Virus record (IMG/VR): IMGVR_UViG_3300007276_000066
Location: 1 to 52,666 of that record
DNA length: 52,666 nucleotides
DNA from: a virus
Lineage: Duplodnaviria > Caudoviricetes
Reading direction: 5' to 3' (one strand)
Shown here piece after piece: positions 1 through 8,349 of the stretch (positions within the stretch are counted from its first letter, which is position 1; each line of letters begins with the position of its first letter). Below the pieces are notes generated by a model. That model worked only from the letters and a program-made list of their open reading frames with translations. It was not told the origin of the DNA and did no database searches. The position numbers and the translations under genes are program-made.

Positions 1-13
1 ATCAGTATGCGCC
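1..13. repeat. 13-bp terminal direct repeat (left copy), probable cohesive end (cosN)
   Basis: ATCAGTATGCGCC at 1-13 is identical to 52654-52666. On circularisation it is flanked by imperfect dyad symmetry (minus strand AGCAGTG / CGCTGTT). Confidence 0.85.
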
Positions 14-35
14 CACTGCTGACCCTCTTATCGCA

Positions 36-42
36 GGGACCC
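36..42 (-). other. cosQ-like packaging termination signal
   Basis: Minus strand GGGTCCC (lambda cosQ is GGGTCCT), 22 nt before the terminal repeat; similar to the lambda spacing. Confidence 0.55.
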
Positions 43-119
43 CTACACCTTCAGAGATTTGCGGAAATGTCCAGCGTTTTAGTCAACATTACTCAGATGT
101 AATGAATTATTTATGGGTA

Positions 120-135
120 CTGTATGAATATACAG
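120..135. promoter_or_regulatory. LexA (SOS) box
   Basis: CTGTATGAATATACAG matches gammaproteobacterial CTGT-N8-ACAG with an AT-rich spacer. Confidence 0.75.
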
Positions 136-307
136 CTATAGGTTGGTCTGTTCTGTTCGCTCTTGTGTGGTCCGTGACTGTACGCGATGATTCTATCGGT
201 CGCATTGGGCTAATGGTCTGACCGGAATGCTGTAGCCGTCCACTGGCTAAGCCTAATTACTATTTGAGTAATTCTATTCGCCCTTATTCAATCCGTAAAC
301 TATAGGC

Positions 308-335
308 AAAAAAAAGCTACCAATTAAGGTAGCCC
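308..335 (-). terminator. Rho-independent terminator
   Basis: Minus strand GCTACC-TTAATT-GGTAGC hairpin followed by a T-run, just downstream of ORF 359-595. Confidence 0.75.
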
Positions 336-358
336 GTTTAGGTTTTGCTATTGTGATT

Positions 359-595
359 CTAATACCCGTTGTTTAGTGCCCAGTCTTCTATTTTATTCCT
401 AGTGTCTAGCGACACTGGTAGCTCGTCATACTCAGTAGCTCCAAAGATTGCGTTATTATTCATCATATATTCTAAGCTACTGCAATAATCCCCTTTTGAG
501 ATATAGCAATCTGATTGCGGCTCAATATCTGAGATAATCTCTAGCTCCACTAGATAGCCGTCTATTGTGTTAGTTGTCTTGTTATTCATTCTCAT
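359..595 (-). CDS. hypothetical acidic phage protein
   Basis: 78-aa ORF, last gene of the AT-rich terminal block, followed by a terminator. Confidence 0.7.
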   Translation of the reverse strand: MRMNNKTTNTIDGYLVELEIISDIEPQSDCYISKGDYCSSLEYMMNNNAIFGATEYDELPVSLDTRNKIEDWALNNGY

Positions 596-775
596 TCACC
601 ATTAGTTAACTTGTTATATATGCCGTGCAGTATGTCATGGGCTTTAATCTCTACATCACTGGGCTTGATTATAAAGCCCTCACCAGACCCGCTATAATAT
701 GGTAGCTGATAACCCGCCTTTATAAGGTAGCGTTTCCGCTAAGTCTTCTATAAATGTGCAATATCTTGTTTTCAT
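592..775 (-). pseudogene. frameshifted small gene (about 60 aa)
   Basis: ATG at 775 has the same GGTGAAATAAG-ATG leader as ORF 777-1094. The frame stops after 27 codons, but the +1 frame (LIKAGYQLPYYSG...KLTNGE) ends in an ATGA overlap with the next gene. The span is 3n+1. Confidence 0.5.
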
Positions 776-776
776 C

Positions 777-1094
777 TTATTTCACCGCCGAATCAAATTT
801 AGCCATAATTTTATTCGTTATTGGATTTTGACTACAGTTGACTATAAACTCCGGACCATAAGCGCCACCGTCAACACCGATAGTACACACAACACCAAAA
901 AATTTACCGGCGTCAATGTCTATCTCCATATAAGGCGAATACGTTAATAGCTTTACAATTGTCGCCATATAGCCAAGATCCAATGGATAACTTTTATCAG
1001 TGCCTTCTGGGCATGTGATACGTATTATTGCTGAGCTTGGTAAACTATCCACTAATATGCTGAATAGTATTTTTGCCGTTTCCTTATTATTCAT
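777..1094 (-). CDS. hypothetical protein
   Basis: 105-aa ORF with AACGGTGAA ribosome-binding site and upstream TTGACA promoter. Confidence 0.75.
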   Translation of the reverse strand: MNNKETAKILFSILVDSLPSSAIIRITCPEGTDKSYPLDLGYMATIVKLLTYSPYMEIDIDAGKFFGVVCTIGVDGGAYGPEFIVNCSQNPITNKIMAKFDSAVK

Positions 1095-1133
1095 CTTATT
1101 TCACCGTTTTGTTGCTGTTTAGTTGATATATGC

Positions 1134-1162
1134 CAATATACAGCAATAATTCAACCTGTCAA
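1134..1162 (-). promoter_or_regulatory. sigma70 promoter of the TTGACAGGTTGAA family
   Basis: Minus strand TTGACA-ggttgaattattgctg-TATATT. Confidence 0.75.
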
Positions 1163-1200
1163 CAATTCATTTCGTTTATTTCAAAATGATTTTATCCGGT

Positions 1201-1305
1201 CTATTCGTTCTTGCTGGGTTTGGTTATAAACGCCAATAACGCCAAAATCATTACAAGCAATATTTCTAAGAAATTGGAGTATTTTTGATCTGTGAATTTT
1301 TTCAT
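1201..1305 (-). CDS. small hydrophobic peptide (34 aa)
   Basis: MKKFTDQKYSNFLEILLVMILALLAFITKPSKNE, read by hand; below the ORF-track cutoff. Confidence 0.4.
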   Translation of the reverse strand: MKKFTDQKYSNFLEILLVMILALLAFITKPSKNE

Positions 1306-1328
1306 TTTTATTTTAGTTTTTTAGTTTT

Positions 1329-1673
1329 TTAGTTTATTTCATTTTCAAAGAGCGTATCTGACGGGCCATAATTTCTAGCCATCTCGTCAAACATTTTTCC
1401 ATATACTTTCCAGTCCCCGTCCCAGAATCCCGCACCGTGACCGTTGCGAGTTAACCAAAAATCAATACCAGCTTTTTTTATTTCGTCATCCGACAAATAA
1501 CACGCCGCGCGACTATAGAATGATAAGCAATCTATAATGCTTTCACGTTTAAAGACTTCGCATAATTCCGCCCCTGATTCAGGTTGGTCTATATCACCCG
1601 TTTCGGTGAAGTCTATACATTCAAAGTACGCGCCTATAAATTCCAGCTCTTTTATTGTTGGCTCTATAGTCAT
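1329..1673 (-). CDS. conserved phage hypothetical protein (FWLTRNGHGAGFWD motif)
   Basis: Motif recognised from phage early proteins; function unknown. Confidence 0.8.
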   Translation of the reverse strand: MTIEPTIKELEFIGAYFECIDFTETGDIDQPESGAELCEVFKRESIIDCLSFYSRAACYLSDDEIKKAGIDFWLTRNGHGAGFWDGDWKVYGKMFDEMARNYGPSDTLFENEIN

Positions 1674-1675
1674 GA

Positions 1676-2041
1676 TTACGCCACCTCATAGTATTGTGAT
1701 GATCTTTGATAGGTAGCCAAGTACTGGGCTAATGTCGTATAATTCCACTTTGACTGTCCAGTAGCCCAGAATGGAGGGAAACTTGTGAAAATTTCGTTTA
1801 TTGACATTTTGCTAACTTTAGCAATTCTCCACCCCGTGCCCGTTATTCTAGGTTGATCGGTTGTATAATTTCCACTGTAGTTAATACTACCAAGGTCGTA
1901 CTGAAAAGACACAATCCGCTGACCATCAGCATTAGTAAAAAAACCATGCGTTGCGGACTTTGCAATAAATACACGAAAGCCCACTGTTTTTATTTCCTCC
2001 ACTAACTCGTATATTGCTTGTTTTTTATAGTCATTACTCAT
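1676..2041 (-). CDS. hypothetical protein
   Basis: 121-aa ORF with AACGGTGA ribosome-binding site and its own promoter. Confidence 0.75.
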   Translation of the reverse strand: MSNDYKKQAIYELVEEIKTVGFRVFIAKSATHGFFTNADGQRIVSFQYDLGSINYSGNYTTDQPRITGTGWRIAKVSKMSINEIFTSFPPFWATGQSKWNYTTLAQYLATYQRSSQYYEVA

Positions 2042-2080
2042 AAGTCACCGTTTAAAATTGTTTGATTAAGTTGATACAAT

Positions 2081-2111
2081 GTAATATACGCTTACTTATT
2101 CAACCTGTCAA
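2081..2111 (-). promoter_or_regulatory. sigma70 promoter overlapped by an operator-like palindrome
   Basis: TTGACA-ggttgaataagtaagcg(17)-TATATT; GTAAT-N5-CTTAC at 2081-2095. Confidence 0.75.
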
Positions 2112-2910
2112 CAACTATTTTTGACTCTTGAATAAAACCACTAAAATCCTTTTTTGCTGAGCCCTTAGCGTATAAGCCAACAATAAAAGGTTGATTGATT
2201 AAATCGTGTTTTTTTGCGTCCAAAAATCGCAGATCGGTGTCGTCCCCGTTTATAACTGGTAAGCCCTTAAAAGTCTCTGGAATCTCACCGCGAAAAACTA
2301 CGCTTGCGCCTACTGAGTGCTCCCTCACTGCATTCAATACGCTTACAGAATACTTTACACTTGCCCCCGAATAGCTTGCAGTTAAAGCGTAATTTTTTGG
2401 CGCTCTATCTAGCATGTGCATATTCTTAGTGTAGTCGTAAAATTGTAATTCTGGGAAGTGATCAAAAATGTTTTGATTTTTGCCATTCATTAAAAATGGC
2501 TTATTTGTATAATCTACGTCGCTTGTTCCATTTAGTCGAACCGCTGGCGTCATGCCTTTATTTTTTGCCTTTACAATCAAGCTCTCAATTTCTTTATATA
2601 AAGCAATCAAGAAATCATTTTGCTTGGTTATTAATGAAACCGATTTGTTGAGGCGCGATTGCTGAACACTGTTAAATGACCCGCGCCCCGCGCTATATAG
2701 GCAAGCTTCAGCGCATCCCGCTGTTTTTGCATTGGCACATAATGTCCCTTTTTTCATTAGGTGTTTAAATGCTATCTGATCGGGTGCAAGGTAACATATA
2801 CCAGTCAAATAATTGAGCTTTTCGCCCTTTACCGTTTTACTATCTGAACCGATAGAAAGCAGACTATTTAGTCCAGCATTCCTTAAAGCTTGTTTTTTTG
2901 TGATAGTCAA
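2092..2910 (-). CDS. gp88-like protein (radical-SAM-like Cys cluster)
   Basis: LC-x6-C-x3-CL-x3-GRG, VRLNGTSD, FYDYTK and GDDTDLRFLD motifs, typical of the phage gp88 family. Confidence 0.75.
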   Translation of the reverse strand: MTITKKQALRNAGLNSLLSIGSDSKTVKGEKLNYLTGICYLAPDQIAFKHLMKKGTLCANAKTAGCAEACLYSAGRGSFNSVQQSRLNKSVSLITKQNDFLIALYKEIESLIVKAKNKGMTPAVRLNGTSDVDYTNKPFLMNGKNQNIFDHFPELQFYDYTKNMHMLDRAPKNYALTASYSGASVKYSVSVLNAVREHSVGASVVFRGEIPETFKGLPVINGDDTDLRFLDAKKHDLINQPFIVGLYAKGSAKKDFSGFIQESKIVVDRLNK

Positions 2911-2948
2911 AATTTCACCGTTTTGATTAGTTGATTTAGTTGATGGGT

Positions 2949-3260
2949 GTAATTTACGCTTACCTATTCAACCTGTCAACAACTATTTCATCTATTTTAA
3001 AAATGGCTTGTTTGCTTAGCCCATAAGGAGCGGGGGCGCGTATACAGTAAGTTTTTCTTACTTGTCAATAGGCAATAGACCGAAAGTGAGATCTATTTTA
3101 ATCGGTGTAATGGTGGCTCTAAAAGGTAATAATCGCTTACAACGGCACTGAGTCGGTTTTAGCTACTTTTGGCTATTGTCAAGCGTTTTATTACTTTATT
3201 TCACCTTATTTTTGAGCCTAATTCCATTCAGGCATAATTCAACCCGTCAAGCATTATTTC
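2949..3260 (-). promoter_or_regulatory. tandem promoter/operator cluster for the terminal gene block
   Basis: Minus-strand TTGACA/TTGACG near 2980, 3068, 3182 and 3250; palindromes at 2949-2963, 3047-3061 (perfect) and 3126-3140. Confidence 0.7.
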
Positions 3261-3276
3261 ATTTATTTTATTTGAG

Positions 3277-3292
3277 CTGTATATAAACACAG
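3277..3292. promoter_or_regulatory. LexA (SOS) box
   Basis: CTGTATATAAACACAG. Confidence 0.75.
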
Positions 3293-3307
3293 TACCGGAC
3301 CATAGTG

Positions 3308-3323
3308 CTGTATGGATGAACAG
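3308..3323. promoter_or_regulatory. LexA (SOS) box
   Basis: CTGTATGGATGAACAG. Confidence 0.7.
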
Positions 3324-3375
3324 TATGTCGATAAAAAACACCGAAATCGACACATGCCACCAAAATACACACACA

Positions 3376-3443
3376 CAAATTGCACTTTTGATCTTTTTCT
3401 CTATACACAAATTGCACTTCTCATCTATACGCAAATTGCACTT
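3376..3443. repeat. three direct repeats of CAAATTGCACTT
   Basis: Copies at 3376-3387, 3408-3419 and 3432-3443. Confidence 0.85.
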
Positions 3444-3531
3444 GACGTTTATTCTTGAGCCCAGACCAGATGATGTTCATGCCATGTCCACGTTCAATAA
3501 TAACGAACAGGTCCCACTCCTGAACACCCAT

Positions 3532-3568
3532 AAAAAAACCCACCAAGATATCTCAAGGTGGGCTTTTC
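3532..3568. terminator. probable (bidirectional) terminator
   Basis: A-run, CCCACC...GGTGGG stem, T-run; closes the long minus-strand operon. Confidence 0.6.
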
Positions 3569-3628
3569 AGGTTATCAACTAACCAACACAAGCAGGACGG
3601 TGAAGACCTGATTGATTTTTAGATACTA

Positions 3629-3817
3629 TCAGTGAATGGTTGGCTTCTCAAGATGTTTGTCTTCCTGAGCTTTATTAGACTGCATTGCCACAAGAGCAGC
3701 AGTGAAACCGCTTATGTATGCGTTAGCCTCAAACTTTGCTATTGCCTCATCACCATTATTGGCAGCTAAGCTAAGCGTGAACGCTTCCATCCATAACACT
3801 TTCATCGACTCGTTCAT
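3629..3817 (-). CDS. hypothetical protein
   Basis: 62-aa ORF in a tightly packed operon. Confidence 0.65.
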   Translation of the reverse strand: MNESMKVLWMEAFTLSLAANNGDEAIAKFEANAYISGFTAALVAMQSNKAQEDKHLEKPTIH

Positions 3818-3822
3818 TTCAA

Positions 3823-4041
3823 CTAACTCTTATCAACCTTGACGAATATCGCCATGTAACCATCAACCACTTTAAAGTTGTCGTGGCAGAGAACTGGGCT
3901 AATCATCTTCCCTGCCTCAACCACAATCATTTCGTCAGATGACCCAGAAACAGAAGCGCCATTAAGAGCGTTCAGATGAACCTTTCCTTTTGGCACTTTG
4001 ATGTTCTTGGTTGTGACGGATACCATCCTGCAATCATTCAC
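3823..4041 (-). CDS. hypothetical protein
   Basis: 72-aa ORF coupled to the upstream stop codon. Confidence 0.6.
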   Translation of the reverse strand: MNDCRMVSVTTKNIKVPKGKVHLNALNGASVSGSSDEMIVVEAGKMISPVLCHDNFKVVDGYMAIFVKVDKS

Positions 4042-4370
4042 TAAGTTTGCTTGCGAGGCATTACCTTGCTGGTTGACACCTTACGCTTGGATGTGGCCTT
4101 CTTTGTGATTTTCTTGGCGGTCTTTACTGGAACCTTTTTGTAGTCCGGTTTCAGTTTTTCAGTTTTGGCTTTCGGTTTTTCGTTTTCCAAATTTGAAATT
4201 GCATTTTCGGATTTACAAATTGCATTTTCCGTTTTTGAAATTACCGATTGGAAAAATCTATCTCCGGATAGCTTAGGCAGAAGCGCCACCCCGCCGACCG
4301 GAACCATTCCGCTATTATTGACTAACTCTTCTAATTCAACTGGGCTTTGCGCCTCTAAGACCTTATACAT
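4041..4370 (-). CDS. DUF1737-like N-terminus with Lys-rich tail
   Basis: Start refined to ATG 4370 (MYKVLEAQSPVELEELVN...GG...FFQS); C-terminus is strongly basic. Confidence 0.55.
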   Translation of the reverse strand: MYKVLEAQSPVELEELVNNSGMVPVGGVALLPKLSGDRFFQSVISKTENAICKSENAISNLENEKPKAKTEKLKPDYKKVPVKTAKKITKKATSKRKVSTSKVMPRKQT

Positions 4371-5046
4371 AATAGCCAACCAAGATAGCACACCCGACTG
4401 TCGTTGCCACAAGTAAAGCGGCAGTGAAACATAGAGCTGAAGTAAGATGCCCAACTCTACCTTCTGACAAAAGTAGATCATACTCCAGAAAACCGATCTT
4501 TCGAAAGAGTCCAATTCTGTCTAATGAGTTTTGGACGTTTTCCTCAGAGATTCTGGAAATCACTAGCTGCATATCCTCAACAACCTGCTCATGCTTGTTC
4601 TCAACCTCATTAAGCATTTCCTCGTAAAGAGCCTCACACTCTTCCTCGAACTCATCACGCTTATCTGTGTCCTTGCGTAACTGTTTTGACAGCTTTTTGT
4701 TTTCCTTTTCGAGGTATTCGATATGCTCTTCCTTCATGGCATCAGCAATATATTGCCCTGTTATGGCAGCCTTTTCTTTGTGCTGCAGCTCAATCGATAA
4801 GAAAAACTCAACGTCAGAACCCGAAATTGCTTTTCCAGTTTCGTCATAGGCAAAAAGCAACTCAGCCCGTTTTTCTGCTGACTGTTCATAGTTGTGCTCG
4901 TTCTTGAGCCACCGTTTAAATAACTTCAGCACACTCTCAGACTTGCCGCGCTTTGGATCTTCTAATATCGATGCAAGCTGGTGAGATAAGGTTGTGTCAA
5001 TCTCTCGCAAAGCTTTTACTGATTCTGTTTTTTCTAACTTAGTCAT
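4363..5046 (-). CDS. coiled-coil protein with C-terminal transmembrane helix
   Basis: Start refined to the ATG after AACGGTGAA; E/K-rich heptads and a hydrophobic C-terminus. Confidence 0.7.
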   Translation of the reverse strand: MTKLEKTESVKALREIDTTLSHQLASILEDPKRGKSESVLKLFKRWLKNEHNYEQSAEKRAELLFAYDETGKAISGSDVEFFLSIELQHKEKAAITGQYIADAMKEEHIEYLEKENKKLSKQLRKDTDKRDEFEEECEALYEEMLNEVENKHEQVVEDMQLVISRISEENVQNSLDRIGLFRKIGFLEYDLLLSEGRVGHLTSALCFTAALLVATTVGCAILVGYYV

Positions 5047-5092
5047 ACTGTTCACCGTTTTGTTGTTTTGAAAGTTGATTTTTGAAAATTAG

Positions 5093-5590
5093 TTACTGCT
5101 CAAGCCAGCCGGCATTGAGCTGTAAGTCCTGCTCAGTTCCGTTATTGTTGAAATAAGTCATCGTTTTAGGATTAAAAGCTATCCGCATTGACGTCTCGGG
5201 CTCCAAAGGCTTTCTTTTGCTGGCGTCTACCCATATAACTTCGTCAAACAAGCCTATACGAAGACACTCAGCCAGCTCCAACTCACAACGCATGCCTACA
5301 TAGCAGTCGTTATCCTCCATAATCTTCTTGGCTAATCTGGCTCGGTCATTCTTGTTGTAGTCAGATATTAGGATGTGCCACATATCTCTATGCTGATGGC
5401 GATCCTCAAATGCTTCCACCTTGGTCTTGTATGGCTCCATGCCCATGTTGCCGCGCAGGTAGTTGATTTGATCAAACAGGAAGATATCTAATGCTGCCTG
5501 ACTGCTTGACGCATACTTGACTCCAAGTAGCTCGGCTAGGCTGTCCTTTCCATGCTGGGCGTGGCCTATTATCAATAACTGCTTAACCAT
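5093..5590 (-). CDS. P-loop deoxynucleoside-monophosphate-kinase-like protein
   Basis: LLIIGHAQHGKD P-loop; YVGMR and IWVDAS motifs. Confidence 0.7.
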   Translation of the reverse strand: MVKQLLIIGHAQHGKDSLAELLGVKYASSSQAALDIFLFDQINYLRGNMGMEPYKTKVEAFEDRHQHRDMWHILISDYNKNDRARLAKKIMEDNDCYVGMRCELELAECLRIGLFDEVIWVDASKRKPLEPETSMRIAFNPKTMTYFNNNGTEQDLQLNAGWLEQ

Positions 5591-5892
5591 TAGATTAGAC
5601 CCGCTTCTTTTAAAAGAATTATGTCCTCGGCCGTGAACCCTCCTTGCGAAAGAACGACAAGATCAGATGGGCTTGCAACCATCCCTAGACCATGAACCAG
5701 ATCCGATACGCCTGAAGGCTCAAAGACACTCGGGATTGGAATATCCTCAAGAACAACAAAGTCGTTCGTGCCATCATCCCATCGATAGAAAGATCCGCCA
5801 GAAAGGTCTGGCTTAGCATTCAAGGTCAACCCCCCCACACTCAGGTCTGCGCCGTCAGCCACATAAGCTTCCACATATACTTTTTTTGACAT
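5590..5892 (-). CDS. hypothetical protein
   Basis: ORF with AACGGTGAA ribosome-binding site; start refined to ATG 5892. Confidence 0.65.
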   Translation of the reverse strand: MSKKVYVEAYVADGADLSVGGLTLNAKPDLSGGSFYRWDDGTNDFVVLEDIPIPSVFEPSGVSDLVHGLGMVASPSDLVVLSQGGFTAEDIILLKEAGLI

Positions 5893-5908
5893 TCTGTTCA
5901 CCGTTTTG

Positions 5909-6445
5909 TTAGTTGATTGCCCATGCAGGAACCATGTCTCGCATAGGGGTTAGCATTCCCATCGGCACGTTAATCGTGTCGTAGTTGAATTTATTATTGT
6001 TACTCTTATCTATCTCACCTTCCTTCCAGTGAGTGCCGTTGCTGTCCATATCCTCGTAGCTTATTGCCCCAACCAAGGAAGCGTTGATCAATCTATCCTC
6101 ATCCCGCAATAGCGACACAAACACAAAATAGTCCGGTCGCTGATGGTCATGGTTGTATGCCGGAATTGAATTATCAAAATGTGATTTTGGAAAAACCGTT
6201 CTGGCTTTTGTTTTCACATCTACAGTTATCCCAGCCACCCTATAATCGAATACGGTATTGCTCTCATACTGATACTCAATATCATTAGCAGCACACCAAT
6301 CCTCGAAAACAACTTCACCCAAATACCCTACTGAATTAGCTATCCGCCCATAATGAGATCTAGCAAACACTTTGGATCTGGCCGACCGTTCAATTGCCCT
6401 GCCCCTTTGCAGATCATTTATCATGGTTCGCGTATAACTACTCAT
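5909..6445 (-). CDS. PD-(D/E)xK nuclease-like protein
   Basis: GYLGE...FD...VDVKT motif order fits the restriction-endonuclease-like fold. Confidence 0.55.
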   Translation of the reverse strand: MSSYTRTMINDLQRGRAIERSARSKVFARSHYGRIANSVGYLGEVVFEDWCAANDIEYQYESNTVFDYRVAGITVDVKTKARTVFPKSHFDNSIPAYNHDHQRPDYFVFVSLLRDEDRLINASLVGAISYEDMDSNGTHWKEGEIDKSNNNKFNYDTINVPMGMLTPMRDMVPAWAIN

Positions 6446-7035
6446 ACCTGTGATTCCAGTTCTTTATTGAGCAATTCATACTTACTTCTGATGGACCTAA
6501 TATCCTCGATTGAGCGACGGAACTCTGCACACTTATCCAACTCCAGCGCGGCTACCCGTTCAGCTCCTATCTCTGCAGTGAGCCTAACCCTGAATACAGC
6601 AGCCCTGCCAGAGTTATATTGATTACAATTAACACACTGCAGCCTCACGTTGTCCTCGTTGAACCTGCGATCACCCCTAGCGCCTACAGATAAAAAATGA
6701 CCGCACTGGTACTGTCTGAACGGGCTCGTTTCATCGCATGTGTAGCAACCAGAACCAGCGTAAGTCAGCCTAATAAACTTATTGAACGCTTCCTGAGCCT
6801 TAACTGTCTGGAATTTCCGATCATTGAAATTAAGCTCTCGTTTATTATGGGATATCTCCTTTCTAACCTTCTTGCGATGAGCTGCTGCCAGTTTCTTGCC
6901 GGACTTGGCGCAATGCTCTACCCAATGATCGAACGAGCAGTACAGCCTGTTTGCTCTCGGGTCAAAATGAACCCCGTCAGCATCGAGACGGTTATATTCT
7001 TTGCAATAAGGGCATCTTCGTTTTGAGTTAGCCAT
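6442..7035 (-). CDS. ninG: NinG/Rap-like recombination endonuclease
   Basis: N-terminal CxxC...YCS; AQEAFNKFIR; CYTC; QCGHF; RFNEDNVRLQCVNCN. Confidence 0.85.
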   Translation of the reverse strand: MANSKRRCPYCKEYNRLDADGVHFDPRANRLYCSFDHWVEHCAKSGKKLAAAHRKKVRKEISHNKRELNFNDRKFQTVKAQEAFNKFIRLTYAGSGCYTCDETSPFRQYQCGHFLSVGARGDRRFNEDNVRLQCVNCNQYNSGRAAVFRVRLTAEIGAERVAALELDKCAEFRRSIEDIRSIRSKYELLNKELESQV

Positions 7036-7562
7036 TAAGTAGAGTGTCTGCTTGGGAAGGGAACGCTAACACCGAAAACGCTTGCCGTAATCCTATTCAG
7101 CTCTTCGTAAACCAATGAATATTCTTTCCGGTCAGCCTCTGTAGTTGACTCTTTATTGATCACCAGAATTTGTATAGGCTTCCATAAATGCTCTTTAACC
7201 AAGGTTGTGTTCCAGCTAACCTCCGATTTAGTTAAAGATTTCTCTATTGCGTCCAGAGTCTGCTCTGCTATAGCCACCTCTTCTTGCGTATGCCCGTGAC
7301 CCACCAGCTCTTTGCGCAGCTGGTCTATTGTTTTGTTCGCCTGCCTGTTCATTACCTGCCAATAACTCCAGCCTGCAGCATTTAGCGATTCTGCAAGCAA
7401 GGAGCAATACTTATGTATCGCCTTGTTTTGAGCTAACGTTCTGGTCTTAACCACCTTTTTCCAGCTAAACGAATAAACTGCATCAGGCAAAGACAAGATC
7501 AGTGAAGATAAGTTCTGCCTGTCAGTTTTGCTGTGTGTTATTTGCTCGTTCTTATCGCTCAT
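7035..7562 (-). CDS. NinB-like protein
   Basis: KTRTLAQNKAIH and ESTT motifs; lies upstream of ninG; start refined to ATG 7562 (ATGA overlap). Confidence 0.55.
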   Translation of the reverse strand: MSDKNEQITHSKTDRQNLSSLILSLPDAVYSFSWKKVVKTRTLAQNKAIHKYCSLLAESLNAAGWSYWQVMNRQANKTIDQLRKELVGHGHTQEEVAIAEQTLDAIEKSLTKSEVSWNTTLVKEHLWKPIQILVINKESTTEADRKEYSLVYEELNRITASVFGVSVPFPSRHST

Positions 7563-7882
7563 TTCGCTTGCTCCACATGAAGCGAAGATATCCCAGCACC
7601 AAACAAGGCTTCCTGACAGCTCTGGCATGCGTAGCTATGGCCCGTCAGGACTGCGCTTGCTCCCCTAGCCTTATCACCGGCCAACTTAAGAGCGTCCACC
7701 TCGGCATGACCTTCCTGCTTGCAGATAGACTTACATTTGTCGTACCCCTCTCCCGCCGATCTAGGGCAAACCTCTTGTGGGTTGGCGCACCAGTTAGTTC
7801 CTTTGAAAACGTGGCCCGATGGTGTTGATATAACGCAAACAACATGGGTCTTGGCGCATCTGCCTTTTTCGGTTTTATTCAC
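7559..7882 (-). CDS. zinc-dependent cytidine/dCMP deaminase-like protein
   Basis: HAE and ACQSC motifs; GTG start at 7882 overlaps the upstream TGA. Confidence 0.75.
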   Translation of the reverse strand: MNKTEKGRCAKTHVVCVISTPSGHVFKGTNWCANPQEVCPRSAGEGYDKCKSICKQEGHAEVDALKLAGDKARGASAVLTGHSYACQSCQEALFGAGISSLHVEQAK

Positions 7883-8349
7883 ACAATCACCATGCGGAGC
7901 TGTGACGGAGCAACATACTGCGCTATCCATTCCGACAACTGGGCTATTGCGTGATCCCTTGGCTTGTTTATCTTTCCTATAGCCACCCCTTCCAAATGGT
8001 CTCTGCTGACGGCCAGAGTCTCTGCCAGACCAGTGATGGTGAATCCACCGTATCGAGTAAGCAAAAGCATTGCCAAAGTCCAGTCTATGCAATCGGGATC
8101 TCTAATTGCCCTGCCATGAAATCCAGAATTCTCATTTGAGTAATTGAAAATACTCATTTGATTTACCGCATTCATAATCTCATCAGGATTGGCTTTTGCC
8201 TTCTCTAACTTGGCGGCATTCTTCAATGCGTTGAAAGACTTTCTTTCCGAGGAAATTCTATCCATTTCCTCCATGTGCCGATCTATTAGGCAAGATTTAC
8301 TTACCTCTATGGTCGGCCAAACTGCGTCCATTTGCTGATAACGTATCAT
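7879..8349 (-). CDS. protein with C-terminal XRE-like helix-turn-helix
   Basis: FTITGLAETLAVSRDHLEGVAIGKINKP pattern. Confidence 0.55.
   Translation of the reverse strand: MIRYQQMDAVWPTIEVSKSCLIDRHMEEMDRISSERKSFNALKNAAKLEKAKANPDEIMNAVNQMSIFNYSNENSGFHGRAIRDPDCIDWTLAMLLLTRYGGFTITGLAETLAVSRDHLEGVAIGKINKPRDHAIAQLSEWIAQYVAPSQLRMVIV

Noticed and set aside
592-775. Stop-codon reassignment (TAG read-through) as the cause of the broken ORF
   Set aside because: Long conserved genes are uninterrupted under the standard code, and TAG ends several genes normally.
3376-3443. Mini CRISPR array
   Set aside because: Repeats are only 12 bp with 20- and 12-bp gaps, and there are no cas genes.
3228-3582. ORFs 3228-3434 (-) and 3316-3582 (+)
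   Set aside because: They overlap LexA boxes, repeats and a terminator and lack a clear ribosome-binding site; more likely non-coding, although a LexA-controlled peptide is not excluded.
7559-8092. 177-aa version of the deaminase ORF
   Set aside because: The first 70 codons overlap the upstream gene; GTG at 7882 gives a normal GTGA overlap.
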